Origin: a virus
Length of the DNA: 39,653 nt
Direction: 5' to 3' (one strand)
IMG/VR virus record: IMGVR_UViG_3300045988_114594
Span: 1 to 39,653 of that record
Of the stretch, positions 16,907 to 24,822 are shown piece after piece; positions within the stretch are counted from its first letter, which is position 1, and each line of letters starts with the position of its first letter. A model generated the notes under the pieces. The model ran no database searches. It worked only from the letters and a program-made list of their open reading frames with translations, and was not told the origin of the DNA. A program made the position numbers and the translations under genes.

Positions 16907-17804
16907 CCGCCGCATCTGGGCGCGGATCACCGTGGACTTCGCGGACTCCCCGAAGGTCGTGGTCTTGTCGGACGCGGCGTTCCGGGCGCTGGTGGAGATG
17001 ATCCTCTGGTGCCGGCGGGGGGAGACCGATGGGGTGATCCCGAGGTCGTACGCGGACCGACGTTGGGGATACGACTCGTATACGACTCGTACTACGGATC
17101 CGGATACGACTCGTAGTACGGACCCTATTACGGAGTTGCGTACGAACCACCCTGAAAGACCCTCTTTGGAGGTGAACGCGGACGGCGACTATGTGCTGCG
17201 CGACTTCCTGGAGCACCAGGATTCCAAGGAGCAGGTAGCGAAGCGTATGGCGCGGAATTCCGCCAATATCCGCCGCCGCTGGGAGCGGCGCGATACCACT
17301 CGTACTACCACCCCGTATACGACTCGTACTACGGATCCGGATACGACTCGTACTACCAGCGGTAATACAGAGACAGAGACAGAGACAGAAAAGGAAGTAC
17401 TACGTACTTCCTCTCTCTCTCCGGCTACGCCGGAGAGTGCGCGCGCGACGACGAAGCCCCGCAAACGGCACAAGCCGACGACACCGATCCCCGACGACTG
17501 GGCACCCACGCCTGAGCACCGGGCCAGGGCCGCCGCCGCTGGCGTCGACGTCGACCACGAGGCCGAGATGTTCCGAGCCCACGCCGAAGCCAACGACCGC
17601 TGGCAGGCGTCCTGGAACGCCGCATTCACCACCTGGCTCGGCAAGTCCGCCCAGCGGGCCGCCGAGCAGCGCAGCCGCCAGGGCTACCGCAACCAGGCGC
17701 AGATCATGGCTGACATGCGCCAGCAAGCCGCAGAATCCACCATCACCATGCAGCGGGCATCCCAGGGGGACGCGCTGCGACTCATCGCCGGAGGGGCCTC
17801 ATGA
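16890..17804 (+). CDS. Replisome organizer / replication initiator-like protein (contains the candidate origin)
   Basis: The product is 304 aa. The C-terminal pattern DDWAPT..H.A.AAAAGVDVDHEAEMFRAHAEANDR...SWNAAFTTWL is typical of phage DnaD/organizer-type proteins. A Thr/Arg-rich linker is encoded by the DNA iterons. Confidence 0.6.
   Translation: MTRSSDRRIWARITVDFADSPKVVVLSDAAFRALVEMILWCRRGETDGVIPRSYADRRWGYDSYTTRTTDPDTTRSTDPITELRTNHPERPSLEVNADGDYVLRDFLEHQDSKEQVAKRMARNSANIRRRWERRDTTRTTTPYTTRTTDPDTTRTTSGNTETETETEKEVLRTSSLSPATPESARATTKPRKRHKPTTPIPDDWAPTPEHRARAAAAGVDVDHEAEMFRAHAEANDRWQASWNAAFTTWLGKSAQRAAEQRSRQGYRNQAQIMADMRQQAAESTITMQRASQGDALRLIAGGAS
17070..17115. repeat. Iteron cluster 1: three copies of the palindromic 11-mer TACGACTCGTA
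   Basis: Copies lie at 17070-80, 17081-91 and 17105-15. The 37-nt segment 17079-17115 is repeated perfectly at 17316-17352. Confidence 0.8.
17294..17352. repeat. Iteron cluster 2: TACCACTCGTA plus two copies of TACGACTCGTA
   Basis: Copies lie at 17294-304 (1 mismatch), 17318-28 and 17342-52. Confidence 0.8.
17367..17420. repeat. (ACAGAG)3 microsatellite, 9-bp-stem hairpin and (CT)5 tract next to the iterons (possible unwinding or structural element)
   Basis: The microsatellite ACAGAG x3 is at 17367-88. The hairpin AGGAAGTAC-TAC-GTACTTCCT is at 17392-17412. The CT run is at 17411-20. Confidence 0.6.
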
Positions 17805-18358
17805 TCACGCCAGCTGACGCCGCAAACGCCGTCTCGTACCTCGCCGTCGCTGGGGCTACCCCGGTCATGGACCGGCAGGGCGAGGTGTGGGCGGACTTCC
17901 TGAACCACGAGGTGGCCCCGGTGGCGGGGGAGTTGCCGGGGGCGACGCGGCGGGCGATCCGTGAGTGGGCCGCTGAGGGGCGCTCGTACCGGATCGACGT
18001 GGCCCGCCTAGCGCGGGCGATCCGCCGGGAGCGGGCGGACAGGGTTCGGGCCGAGGAGGACGCCCGCGGGGCACTCCTGCCGGCTGGGCTGGCGGGGGAG
18101 CCTGCGGTGGAGGCGGCTTGGCGTCGCGCCGCCCTGGAGGCCGTCGGTGCCGGGGCTGACCGTGGGGCTGCGGAGGCTCACGCTTGGCGGGCGATTGGGC
18201 GGACTCCGCCGCCTCCGGCGATCACGTCGACGGCGCAGTCGGGGCGTGAGCGGGCGCGGGCTGTCGTGGAGGCTCTGGCGCGTTCGTCGCATCCTGGGGG
18301 TGATGGCGGGGGCGGAAGTGCCTCGAATCGTGCACGTAAGGCCCCTAGAGCGGCCTAG
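17801..18358 (+). CDS. Hypothetical protein (Ala/Arg-rich)
   Basis: This 185-aa ORF is ATGA-coupled to the organizer gene. Confidence 0.5.
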   Translation: MITPADAANAVSYLAVAGATPVMDRQGEVWADFLNHEVAPVAGELPGATRRAIREWAAEGRSYRIDVARLARAIRRERADRVRAEEDARGALLPAGLAGEPAVEAAWRRAALEAVGAGADRGAAEAHAWRAIGRTPPPPAITSTAQSGRERARAVVEALARSSHPGGDGGGGSASNRARKAPRAA

Positions 18359-18483
18359 CGTGCGTCGACTGTGGCCTGATGCGGGTCGCGTGTTTACGGA
18401 GCGAATTCACGCGCGTTAACGCGTTGTGCGATCGGACCGTCGACCATCCTCTGTCACGAACACGTAACAGCCGCCACATCGCC

Positions 18484-18528
18484 TTGACGGTGCCCATTTG
18501 GGCACCTAGTGTTGTCCACGTGGGCCAC
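18484..18528 (+). promoter_or_regulatory. Second copy of the early promoter/operator module
   Basis: The -35 is TTGACG (18484-89). The operator GGTGCCCA-TT-TGGGCACC (18489-506) is the exact reverse complement of the 12879-96 site. The -10 is TAGTGT (18507-12). 33/40 nt are identical to 12879-12918. Confidence 0.6.
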
Positions 18529-18580
18529 ACGGGCACCCCAACCCAGCCCACCCAATCCCCAGAACAAAGGACCGTAAAAA

Positions 18581-19192
18581 ATGAGGATCGAAAACCTCTA
18601 CCCCAAGCCGGTGCGCGGCGACTTCGCCACCTGCGCCCAAGTCCGCGACGACGCGGCCGCCACCTACGGCGGCAAGGCCCGCGAACTCCTCAACCGCAGC
18701 GACGACGACGTCATCGGTGCGATCAGCCTCCTCATGCTCGCCGCCGACCAGCGCAAGGCCCAGCAGGCCGCGGATCCCAGTCTGAGCGAGCAGGCCCTCG
18801 CCCAGACCGTCCGCGAACAGCGCGACACCATCGACCAACTCAAGGGCCAGGTGGACCTCTACCGGAACCAGTGGAAGACGGCCGCCGACAATGCCGCCAG
18901 CATCCACGCCGACCTCTGCCAGCAGGAGGTCAACGCCGACCAGATCGCCCGCCTCCAAGGCATCCTCTGCGCCGTCACCAATTCCGCCAACGGTCAGGCC
19001 CGAATGTACATCGAGGACCTGCAGGTCCTCCCCGTCGGCACCGTCGTTCGCGACGAAGCCAGCCGGGCATGGACCCGCGTCGACGACGAAGACGGTGGCG
19101 TATGGGCCACCCCCAGCAGGGACGACACCCTCTCCTCCAATGACCTCGCCGAGGAGACCACCGCCTGGATGGCATGGGTGGCGGACAAGTGA
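18581..19192 (+). CDS. Hypothetical protein
   Basis: This 203-aa ORF has an AAAGGA RBS and is the first gene after the second promoter copy. Confidence 0.6.
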   Translation: MRIENLYPKPVRGDFATCAQVRDDAAATYGGKARELLNRSDDDVIGAISLLMLAADQRKAQQAADPSLSEQALAQTVREQRDTIDQLKGQVDLYRNQWKTAADNAASIHADLCQQEVNADQIARLQGILCAVTNSANGQARMYIEDLQVLPVGTVVRDEASRAWTRVDDEDGGVWATPSRDDTLSSNDLAEETTAWMAWVADK

Positions 19193-19449
19193 CCCGCCTC
19201 GACCACATCGGCGGCGACAACGTCGACGTCACCGCAGCCGCGGAGTTCCTGTGCGCCGCCGCTGACTACCAGGACGGCGAGGCGGCGGCCCTCGATGAGC
19301 GGGACCGGCAGCGGCGCGGGGCAGGTCACCTCGACGCCATCCTCCCCTGGGGTGCGATCGGCCAGCACGCCCAGCATCGGGCCAGGCTCCTCGAATCCCT
19401 GGCAACCCTCCTCCACGTCGACGCCGACGCCCTCACCAACGGTCTCTAA
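19189..19449 (+). CDS. Hypothetical protein
   Basis: A GTGA overlap gives the start. The product is 86 aa. The upstream ATG at 19174 is an alternative start. Confidence 0.45.
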   Translation: MTRLDHIGGDNVDVTAAAEFLCAAADYQDGEAAALDERDRQRRGAGHLDAILPWGAIGQHAQHRARLLESLATLLHVDADALTNGL

Positions 19450-19476
19450 CCCCCTCCTCCCCGGAAAGGACACCCC

Positions 19477-19704
19477 ATGTACCTCAACGACATAGACCCG
19501 ATCACCTACAGCCGCGAGGACGCGCAGAAGGCGCGCCGCCTCCGCCTCTACGACGTGCGATGGATCCCCACCTGGGGGCCGATCGGCCGACGCCAGGTCC
19601 GCAAGCTCCAGCGCGACGGGTGGAGCCACGTCGGCTCCCTCCAGACCGGCCTCATCCGCCGCGAGCACTGCCTCATCCGCATCACCGAGAGGGGCGAGCA
19701 GTGA
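19477..19704 (+). CDS. Hypothetical protein
   Basis: This 75-aa ORF has a GAAAGGA RBS. Confidence 0.5.
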   Translation: MYLNDIDPITYSREDAQKARRLRLYDVRWIPTWGPIGRRQVRKLQRDGWSHVGSLQTGLIRREHCLIRITERGEQ

Positions 19705-20180
19705 GCCGACACCACCATCCGCGACTGGGCGACGTCGTCGCCTACCGTGACGTGCGCGGCTGGCACGCGACGAAGGTCACCGCCAGCAACATCGAGGCCA
19801 TCGACGACTACACCGAGGTGGTCATCCTGGAAGCCACCCCCGAGCCGCCCGCGCCGTGGCCCACCAGCCCGATGATCCTCGTCGTCGACGGGGAGCGCCG
19901 CCCCACCGGGCAGCCCGGTGACCTCACTGTCACCTCGCTCAGCGGGCAGATCCTCCTCCGTACCCCCGAGGGCCACTACCGTGGCGTCCGGTCCCGGCTC
20001 GTCAAGCAGTCCAGGGGTGACCAGATCAGGAAGTGGGTCAACCTCGCCGCCGTCGAAGATAGGGCGCTCCGCGACCTCTCTGAGGCCGCACACAACGGCC
20101 CCATCAGTGACGTCTCCGACGCTATCCAGGACGTCCTCACGTCCGCGGACATGGTCAAGGACGGGAGGTACCTCCAGTGA
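19701..20180 (+). CDS. Hypothetical protein
   Basis: The start is GTG in a GTGA overlap. The product is 159 aa. Confidence 0.5.
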   Translation: MSRHHHPRLGDVVAYRDVRGWHATKVTASNIEAIDDYTEVVILEATPEPPAPWPTSPMILVVDGERRPTGQPGDLTVTSLSGQILLRTPEGHYRGVRSRLVKQSRGDQIRKWVNLAAVEDRALRDLSEAAHNGPISDVSDAIQDVLTSADMVKDGRYLQ

Positions 20181-20473
20181 AGCAGACACTCCTGGACTGG
20201 TCTCAGCCGCAGCACTGCCGCGACTGCGGGAGACGCCTCCGCCCCTCCAAGACCACGGTGGTGGACTGGCCCGGCACGCGCCTCCACCACGGGCACCGCC
20301 TCTGCCGCCCATGCAGTGAGGCCCGCCGCCGCGCTGGCATCCGAAGAGGAGATCAAGCCCAGCACAAGCCCAAACGACGCGGAAACCCTACCGTCGCCGA
20401 ACTCGCCGCACAGGGCCACCCCTGCGTCTCCCCAGCCCCCAAGCCCAGCAACGTAAGGACCTACCCGCTATGA
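20177..20473 (+). CDS. Hypothetical basic protein with a CxxC..CxxC motif
   Basis: The start is GTG in a GTGA overlap. The product is 98 aa with the motif CRDCGRR...CRPCSE. Confidence 0.5.
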   Translation: MKQTLLDWSQPQHCRDCGRRLRPSKTTVVDWPGTRLHHGHRLCRPCSEARRRAGIRRGDQAQHKPKRRGNPTVAELAAQGHPCVSPAPKPSNVRTYPL

Positions 20474-21198
20474 GCCTCCAGTTTGATGAAGCCCGCCACC
20501 GGTACAGCCTCGACGGCAAGCCCGTGACCGGGGTGACGACGATCATCGGGAAGGGGCTCCCGAAGCCTGGGCTCCCGTACTGGTCCGCGAAGGTGGTGGC
20601 CGAGGCCGCCGCCGATGAGGCGGTCACACTGGCTGCCACCATCGGGGCACAGGGCAGGGATGCGGTCGTGAGCCGGCTTAAGCGCGCCCCGTGGCAGGCC
20701 CGTGACCGGGCGGCCGTTCGCGGCACGAGGGTGCATGCCCTGGCCGAGCAGGTCGCCCTAGGGGAGGCCGTAGATGTCCCCGCGTCATTGGCCCCCTACG
20801 TTGAGGGGTACGTGGATTTCCTCGACGGGCACGACGTCGAGCCGATCCTCACCGAAGCCAGGCTGGCGAGCCGAGCCCACTGGTACGCGGGCACCGCCGA
20901 CCTCATCGCCCGCATGGGTGGGGAGACCTGGCTCCTCGACCTGAAGACCAGCAACTCTATCCACGGATCCTACGCGCTCCAGTGCGCCGCCTACGCCCGC
21001 GCAGAGTTCCACCTCGACGCCGACGGCCAGGAGGCTCCCATGCCGCCCATCGACCGGATCGGGGCCATCCACGTCCAGCCCGACGGGTGCCGGCTCGTGG
21101 AATTCCCGTCCGTCAACCACGCCTGGGGCGCTTTCCTCGCCGTGAAAGCCGTCGCCGACCTCACCATCACCATCGACTCCTGGGGAGACCACAAATGA
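20470..21198 (+). CDS. PD-(D/E)XK (RecB/Cas4-like) exonuclease
   Basis: The 242-aa product has the motifs GTRVHAL, GTADLI, LLDLKTS and QCAAYA. It is paired with the RecT-like gene. Confidence 0.75.
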   Translation: MSLQFDEARHRYSLDGKPVTGVTTIIGKGLPKPGLPYWSAKVVAEAAADEAVTLAATIGAQGRDAVVSRLKRAPWQARDRAAVRGTRVHALAEQVALGEAVDVPASLAPYVEGYVDFLDGHDVEPILTEARLASRAHWYAGTADLIARMGGETWLLDLKTSNSIHGSYALQCAAYARAEFHLDADGQEAPMPPIDRIGAIHVQPDGCRLVEFPSVNHAWGAFLAVKAVADLTITIDSWGDHK

Positions 21199-21905
21199 CC
21201 GAGCTCGCCACCACACAGCCCGCGAGCGCCGACCTCGCGCCCATGCCACTCCCGACGCCCGCCGTCGTCGCCACGGGGGAGGCCAGTGCCGCCCAGGCCA
21301 GCCTCCGCTCCTGGGCGCTCGCCATGGCCGACGCCCGCACCATCGCACAGGTCATATGCCAGACCGGGTTCGCGCCCGCCCACCTGCGCGGCCATGTCGA
21401 CGCCACCGCCGTGACCGTCATGAAGGGTGCGGCCCTCGGCCTCGACCCCACCGCCGCCATGGAGTCCATCTACGTCATCTCCGGCAAGCCCGCCCTCTAC
21501 TCGCGCACCATGCTGGCAGTCGTCCAGCAGGCCGGGCACGACGTCTGGGTCGACGACCAGTCCGACACGTCCGTCACCGTCTCCGGCCGGCGTAGGGGCT
21601 CCCAGCAGGTCCAGTCCTCCACCTGGACCATCGAGCGCGCCCGCCAGGCCGGGTACCTGAGCAACAAGAAGTACTCCCAGGAGCCGCAGGCCATGCTGCG
21701 CGCCAAAGCCACCGCCGAGGTGTGCCGCATGATCGCCGCCGACGCCCTCATGGGCCTCTCCTACAGTGCTGAGGAGGTCGAACTTGACGGTCTCGGAGAC
21801 GACCAGCCCACCGTCAAGGTCGCCCGCAAGCGCAAGCCCAAGGCCGAGCCGGTGGATGTGCCCGCCGCCGTCATCGACGACCTCCCAGCGGCGGCGGAGT
21901 CATGA
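21195..21905 (+). CDS. recT: RecT-like single-strand annealing protein
   Basis: The 236-aa product is ATGA-coupled to the exonuclease gene. The pattern GLDP...IYVISGKPALY...AR.AGY...Y...P.AMLRAKA matches. Confidence 0.65.
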   Translation: MTELATTQPASADLAPMPLPTPAVVATGEASAAQASLRSWALAMADARTIAQVICQTGFAPAHLRGHVDATAVTVMKGAALGLDPTAAMESIYVISGKPALYSRTMLAVVQQAGHDVWVDDQSDTSVTVSGRRRGSQQVQSSTWTIERARQAGYLSNKKYSQEPQAMLRAKATAEVCRMIAADALMGLSYSAEEVELDGLGDDQPTVKVARKRKPKAEPVDVPAAVIDDLPAAAES

Positions 21906-22123
21906 TCCAGGTCGTCCCGGTTCGGTGGGCCTACGTGTCGATGTCCTGTGACTGGGCTGGCTGTGAGGAGCGGATCGACTTCCCGGAGGGTCCCGACGAT
22001 ATGGATCGGAACATCACTCTCCTCAACGCCGCCTACTGCCTTGCCCGCCGTCTCGGCTGGGAGATCACCGACGACATGGACGGGGAAGTCGTCTGCCCCA
22101 ACCACCCGCGGGAGGCGGCATGA
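21902..22123 (+). CDS. Hypothetical Cys-rich protein
   Basis: This 73-aa ORF is ATGA-coupled. Confidence 0.5.
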   Translation: MIQVVPVRWAYVSMSCDWAGCEERIDFPEGPDDMDRNITLLNAAYCLARRLGWEITDDMDGEVVCPNHPREAA

Positions 22124-22178
22124 CCGTCCTCCTCATCACCCTCATCCTCATCACCCACACCTACCGGAAGGAACACCA

Positions 22179-22676
22179 ATGACCTGCCCATTCACTGAGA
22201 CCGCCAAGGAGATCGCCGCCTATGCGGGGCTCCTCAGCGACTCGACGCTCCACTCCGTCTCTCGCTGGCACCTACGTCTCGCCCTCATCGGGTCGGCGAT
22301 CATCGGCAAGAATGCCAACGGCGAGGTCACGCCCGAGATCAAGCGGCGCAACGTTATCACGGGGGCACTGTGTGAGATCGCCGCTGACGCGGCTTCCACC
22401 CTCTTCGATTACGGCGTCGAGGATCCGGCGGTCGCGTTCGTTGCCGAGTGGGAGCGGGCCGCCGTCAAGCACCCGGGCATGACGTTGGACTGTGACGGTC
22501 CCACCGACGAGTTGCGCTTCTACGCCCTGGCTGAGGAGGTGGGTGAGGTCGCCGCCAGCCTCACCTACGACAACGCGCAGGGGACCGGCCACGGGGCCGA
22601 CACCATCGCCGAAGTCACCCAGGTCGGGGCACTCGCCCTCGCCTGGCTCACCCGCTACCAGGACGGAGAGAACTGA
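22179..22676 (+). CDS. MazG-like nucleotide pyrophosphohydrolase
   Basis: The 165-aa product has a GGAAGGA RBS and an all-alpha pattern with LAEEVGEVAASL ... EVTQVGALALAWL. Confidence 0.55.
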   Translation: MTCPFTETAKEIAAYAGLLSDSTLHSVSRWHLRLALIGSAIIGKNANGEVTPEIKRRNVITGALCEIAADAASTLFDYGVEDPAVAFVAEWERAAVKHPGMTLDCDGPTDELRFYALAEEVGEVAASLTYDNAQGTGHGADTIAEVTQVGALALAWLTRYQDGEN

Positions 22677-22939
22677 TGAAGATCATGACAGCCTATGACA
22701 ACCCTGAGGAGCACTCTGGCCCAACCATGCGCGGAATGCCCGCCTATTGGGGTGGCTCCAAGACTGCCAATTTCCCAGTAGGGACGGTCGCCATCGACGG
22801 GGACGGGGATGCGTGGTCCCGGCGTGAAGACGGCTGGTGGTGGGCGGGGGACCGCATCAATCCGTTCCCGAGAGAAGACCTGCCCCTCCTGAACGGGCCG
22901 TTTATCGTCGTCTACGCCCCCAAAGGAGAAGATCGATGA
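22676..22939 (+). CDS. Hypothetical protein (paralog family member 1)
   Basis: The 87-aa product shares the motif V.ID.DGDAW....DGWW...GP..V.Y.PK.E with the next two genes. Confidence 0.55.
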   Translation: MKIMTAYDNPEEHSGPTMRGMPAYWGGSKTANFPVGTVAIDGDGDAWSRREDGWWWAGDRINPFPREDLPLLNGPFIVVYAPKGEDR

Positions 22940-23280
22940 GCGACAAGACCACTATCCTCGACAAGCTCAAGGAATACGAGAAGACCGGCCACTACCCTGG
23001 GGCGGTCGAAGACATCTACGCGCTCATCCACCACATCGCCGCCCTGGAGGAGGAGATCGACGATCTCAAGGAAGCCGTCCCGCGCACGGTGGAGGGAGAC
23101 GGTAGCGACCTACCCATCGATACTGTCGTCGTCGACAAGAACGGGGATGCATGGCAGCACTACGAGGCAAACGGCTGGGAACCCATTGGTGGCTGCTGCT
23201 GCATGCACCACGCACTACCTGACGACGGCGTCCCCTACACCATCGTCTGGGAGCCTAAGGAGGACACCAGTGAGCACTGA
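22936..23280 (+). CDS. Hypothetical protein (paralog family member 2)
   Basis: The 114-aa product is ATGA-coupled. It has an N-terminal coiled coil (IAALEEEIDDLKE) plus the shared C-terminal module. Confidence 0.55.
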   Translation: MSDKTTILDKLKEYEKTGHYPGAVEDIYALIHHIAALEEEIDDLKEAVPRTVEGDGSDLPIDTVVVDKNGDAWQHYEANGWEPIGGCCCMHHALPDDGVPYTIVWEPKEDTSEH

Positions 23281-23722
23281 TGATAAGCGTGCACGGGACT
23301 ACCGGGGGCAGATTCGCGCCCGAGTAGACAACTGGGCTCAGGGCCGGGAGTACGGTCCCGGAGCGTGGCGTATGGATGCCGCTGAGCATGACGTGATCGT
23401 CCTTCTCAACCAGATCGCCGACCTTGAGGAGGAGATTGCGAACCTGACTTCCGAGGCGGGCGAGGCTGCTGCCTGGCGCGGCCGCTATAACGCACTCCTC
23501 GAAGAGGCTGAGGCTAGTCGCCCGCACGTGATTGACGGCGGCGACTTGTCGCGGGGTGCGGCAGAAGGGGCGATTGTCGTAGATCGCGACGGCTACCCTT
23601 GGGTCTCATATGAGGGCGGCTGGTGGCGGCTGGTGAAAGACATTGCCTCCGGGAAGCGAAGCGAGCTTCACCCATTGCTGGGCCCGTACACCTTCGCCTA
23701 CATCCCAAAGTATGAGTCATGA
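23270..23722 (+). CDS. Hypothetical protein (paralog family member 3)
   Basis: The ORF starts with GTG after an AAGGAGGA RBS and encodes 150 aa. It has a coiled coil (IADLEEEIANLTSE) plus the shared C-terminal module. Confidence 0.55.
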   Translation: MSTDDKRARDYRGQIRARVDNWAQGREYGPGAWRMDAAEHDVIVLLNQIADLEEEIANLTSEAGEAAAWRGRYNALLEEAEASRPHVIDGGDLSRGAAEGAIVVDRDGYPWVSYEGGWWRLVKDIASGKRSELHPLLGPYTFAYIPKYES

Positions 23723-23885
23723 CCATATGTGAGAAATTCGCGGCCGGTAACGATGAGATAATGCCGATTCGCCTGATTGATTTCGACGCCTCCCTTATCG
23801 CGGAATATCTCGCCCGGCGTGTCCCGATTCGACAATACCGGCTGAAAACGCAACAATGTGACCACTCCCCAGGAAGGAAACCCAA

Positions 23886-24380
23886 TTGGCTAATGAAACC
23901 GTAATCACCGTGTGTGGTGTCCTCGGCCAGGACCCGGAACTCCGGTTCACCCCAGCCGGGAAACCCGTCGCGAACCTCTCCATCGCCTCCACGCCAAGCC
24001 GATACGACCGCAGCGCCTCCCAGTGGACGGACGGCACCACCATGTGGATGCGAGCCAGCGCATGGGGAGAAATGGCTGAGAACGTCGCCGAGTCCCTACG
24101 CAAGGGCATGTGGGTCATCGCTCAGGGTCGTCTAGGCCAGCGGGACTACACCACCCGCGAAGGCGAGAACCGCAGCGTCCTCCAGCTCGAGGTGGACCAC
24201 ATCGGCCCGGACCTGCGCCGCCAGCGCGCCCAGGTGACGAAGCAGGCCCCCACCGGCCAACAGGGCAACTTCGGCGGCCAGCCCGCACAGCCGGCGGCGT
24301 TCGGTTCGGGGAACGCCCCCACCGCGGCGCAGGACCCGTGGGGGACCGGGGGCGCCCAGCCCGGCGAGCCCCCCTTCTAA
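23886..24380 (+). CDS. ssb: Single-stranded DNA-binding protein
   Basis: The ORF starts with TTG after an AGGAAGGA RBS. The OB-fold N-terminus is VCGVLGQDPELRFT..G..VANLSIAS. A Gly/Gln/Pro linker and an acidic-aromatic tail (GEPPF) follow. Confidence 0.9.
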   Translation: MANETVITVCGVLGQDPELRFTPAGKPVANLSIASTPSRYDRSASQWTDGTTMWMRASAWGEMAENVAESLRKGMWVIAQGRLGQRDYTTREGENRSVLQLEVDHIGPDLRRQRAQVTKQAPTGQQGNFGGQPAQPAAFGSGNAPTAAQDPWGTGGAQPGEPPF

Positions 24381-24388
24381 ACCCAACG

Positions 24389-24417
24389 GCTGGCCCCGAC
24401 ACCACGCCGGGGCCAGC
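24389..24417 (+). terminator. Hairpin after ssb
   Basis: GCTGGCCCCG-N9-CGGGGCCAGC forms a 10-bp stem. Confidence 0.55.
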
Positions 24418-24462
24418 TACCACCCCAACCCACCAGAATCCCGCTCAACCCTAGGAGAACCC

Positions 24463-24600
24463 ATGAAACCCAACCCCACATTCAGTCAGCGGCTCGGATA
24501 CGCCGTCGGCCTCACCCTCGCCATGACCGCGTGCTTCGCCGTCATCAGCGTCATCCTGTGGATCATCACCGCCACCTGGCGCGCAATCATCGGAGGCTGA
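24463..24600 (+). CDS. Small membrane protein (45 aa)
   Basis: An AGGAGA RBS is present, and there is one long hydrophobic helix (LGYAVGLTLAMTACFAVISVILWIITA). Confidence 0.4.
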   Translation: MKPNPTFSQRLGYAVGLTLAMTACFAVISVILWIITATWRAIIGG

Positions 24601-24601
24601 C

Positions 24602-24808
24602 ATGGCCGTATACGACCCAGACAAGTACCGAATCCGGTGCGGCGACCACTACCTTCAACCGGAAGTGACAGTCGAATTCCATGCGGTCGGGAACAGTGAG
24701 CGACCGCACCACGTCACCCGAGTCCACTGGGGGCAAATAGCCATCATCCGCTGCAAAAAATGCGGCCACGAAACCGACACAGGCGACGTCACAATCCGAA
24801 CCCAGTAA
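24602..24808 (+). CDS. Hypothetical protein (CxxC-containing)
   Basis: This 68-aa ORF lies in a patch of lower GC. Confidence 0.5.
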   Translation: MAVYDPDKYRIRCGDHYLQPEVTVEFHAVGNSERPHHVTRVHWGQIAIIRCKKCGHETDTGDVTIRTQ

Positions 24809-24822
24809 CCCCAGGAGTAACA

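Noticed and set aside
17367-17420. The microsatellite and hairpin as an independent ncRNA or mobile-element end.
   Set aside because: The element lies in frame inside the replisome-organizer ORF, where it translates as TETETETEKEVLRTSSLS. It is best explained as part of the origin structure.
18379-19143. A 254-aa + strand ORF that starts upstream of the second promoter copy.
   Set aside because: The translation is extremely Arg/Pro-rich and out of frame with the well-behaved ORF 18581-19192. The GTG at 18520 next to the -10 is in this frame, but the product looks non-coding.
23719-23904. A 61-aa ORF, ATGA-coupled to the upstream gene and overlapping the ssb start.
   Set aside because: It lies in a low-GC patch with poor codon bias and overlaps the ssb RBS and start. 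It may simply be the ssb leader or promoter region. I left it unannotated, with roughly 25% chance that it is real.
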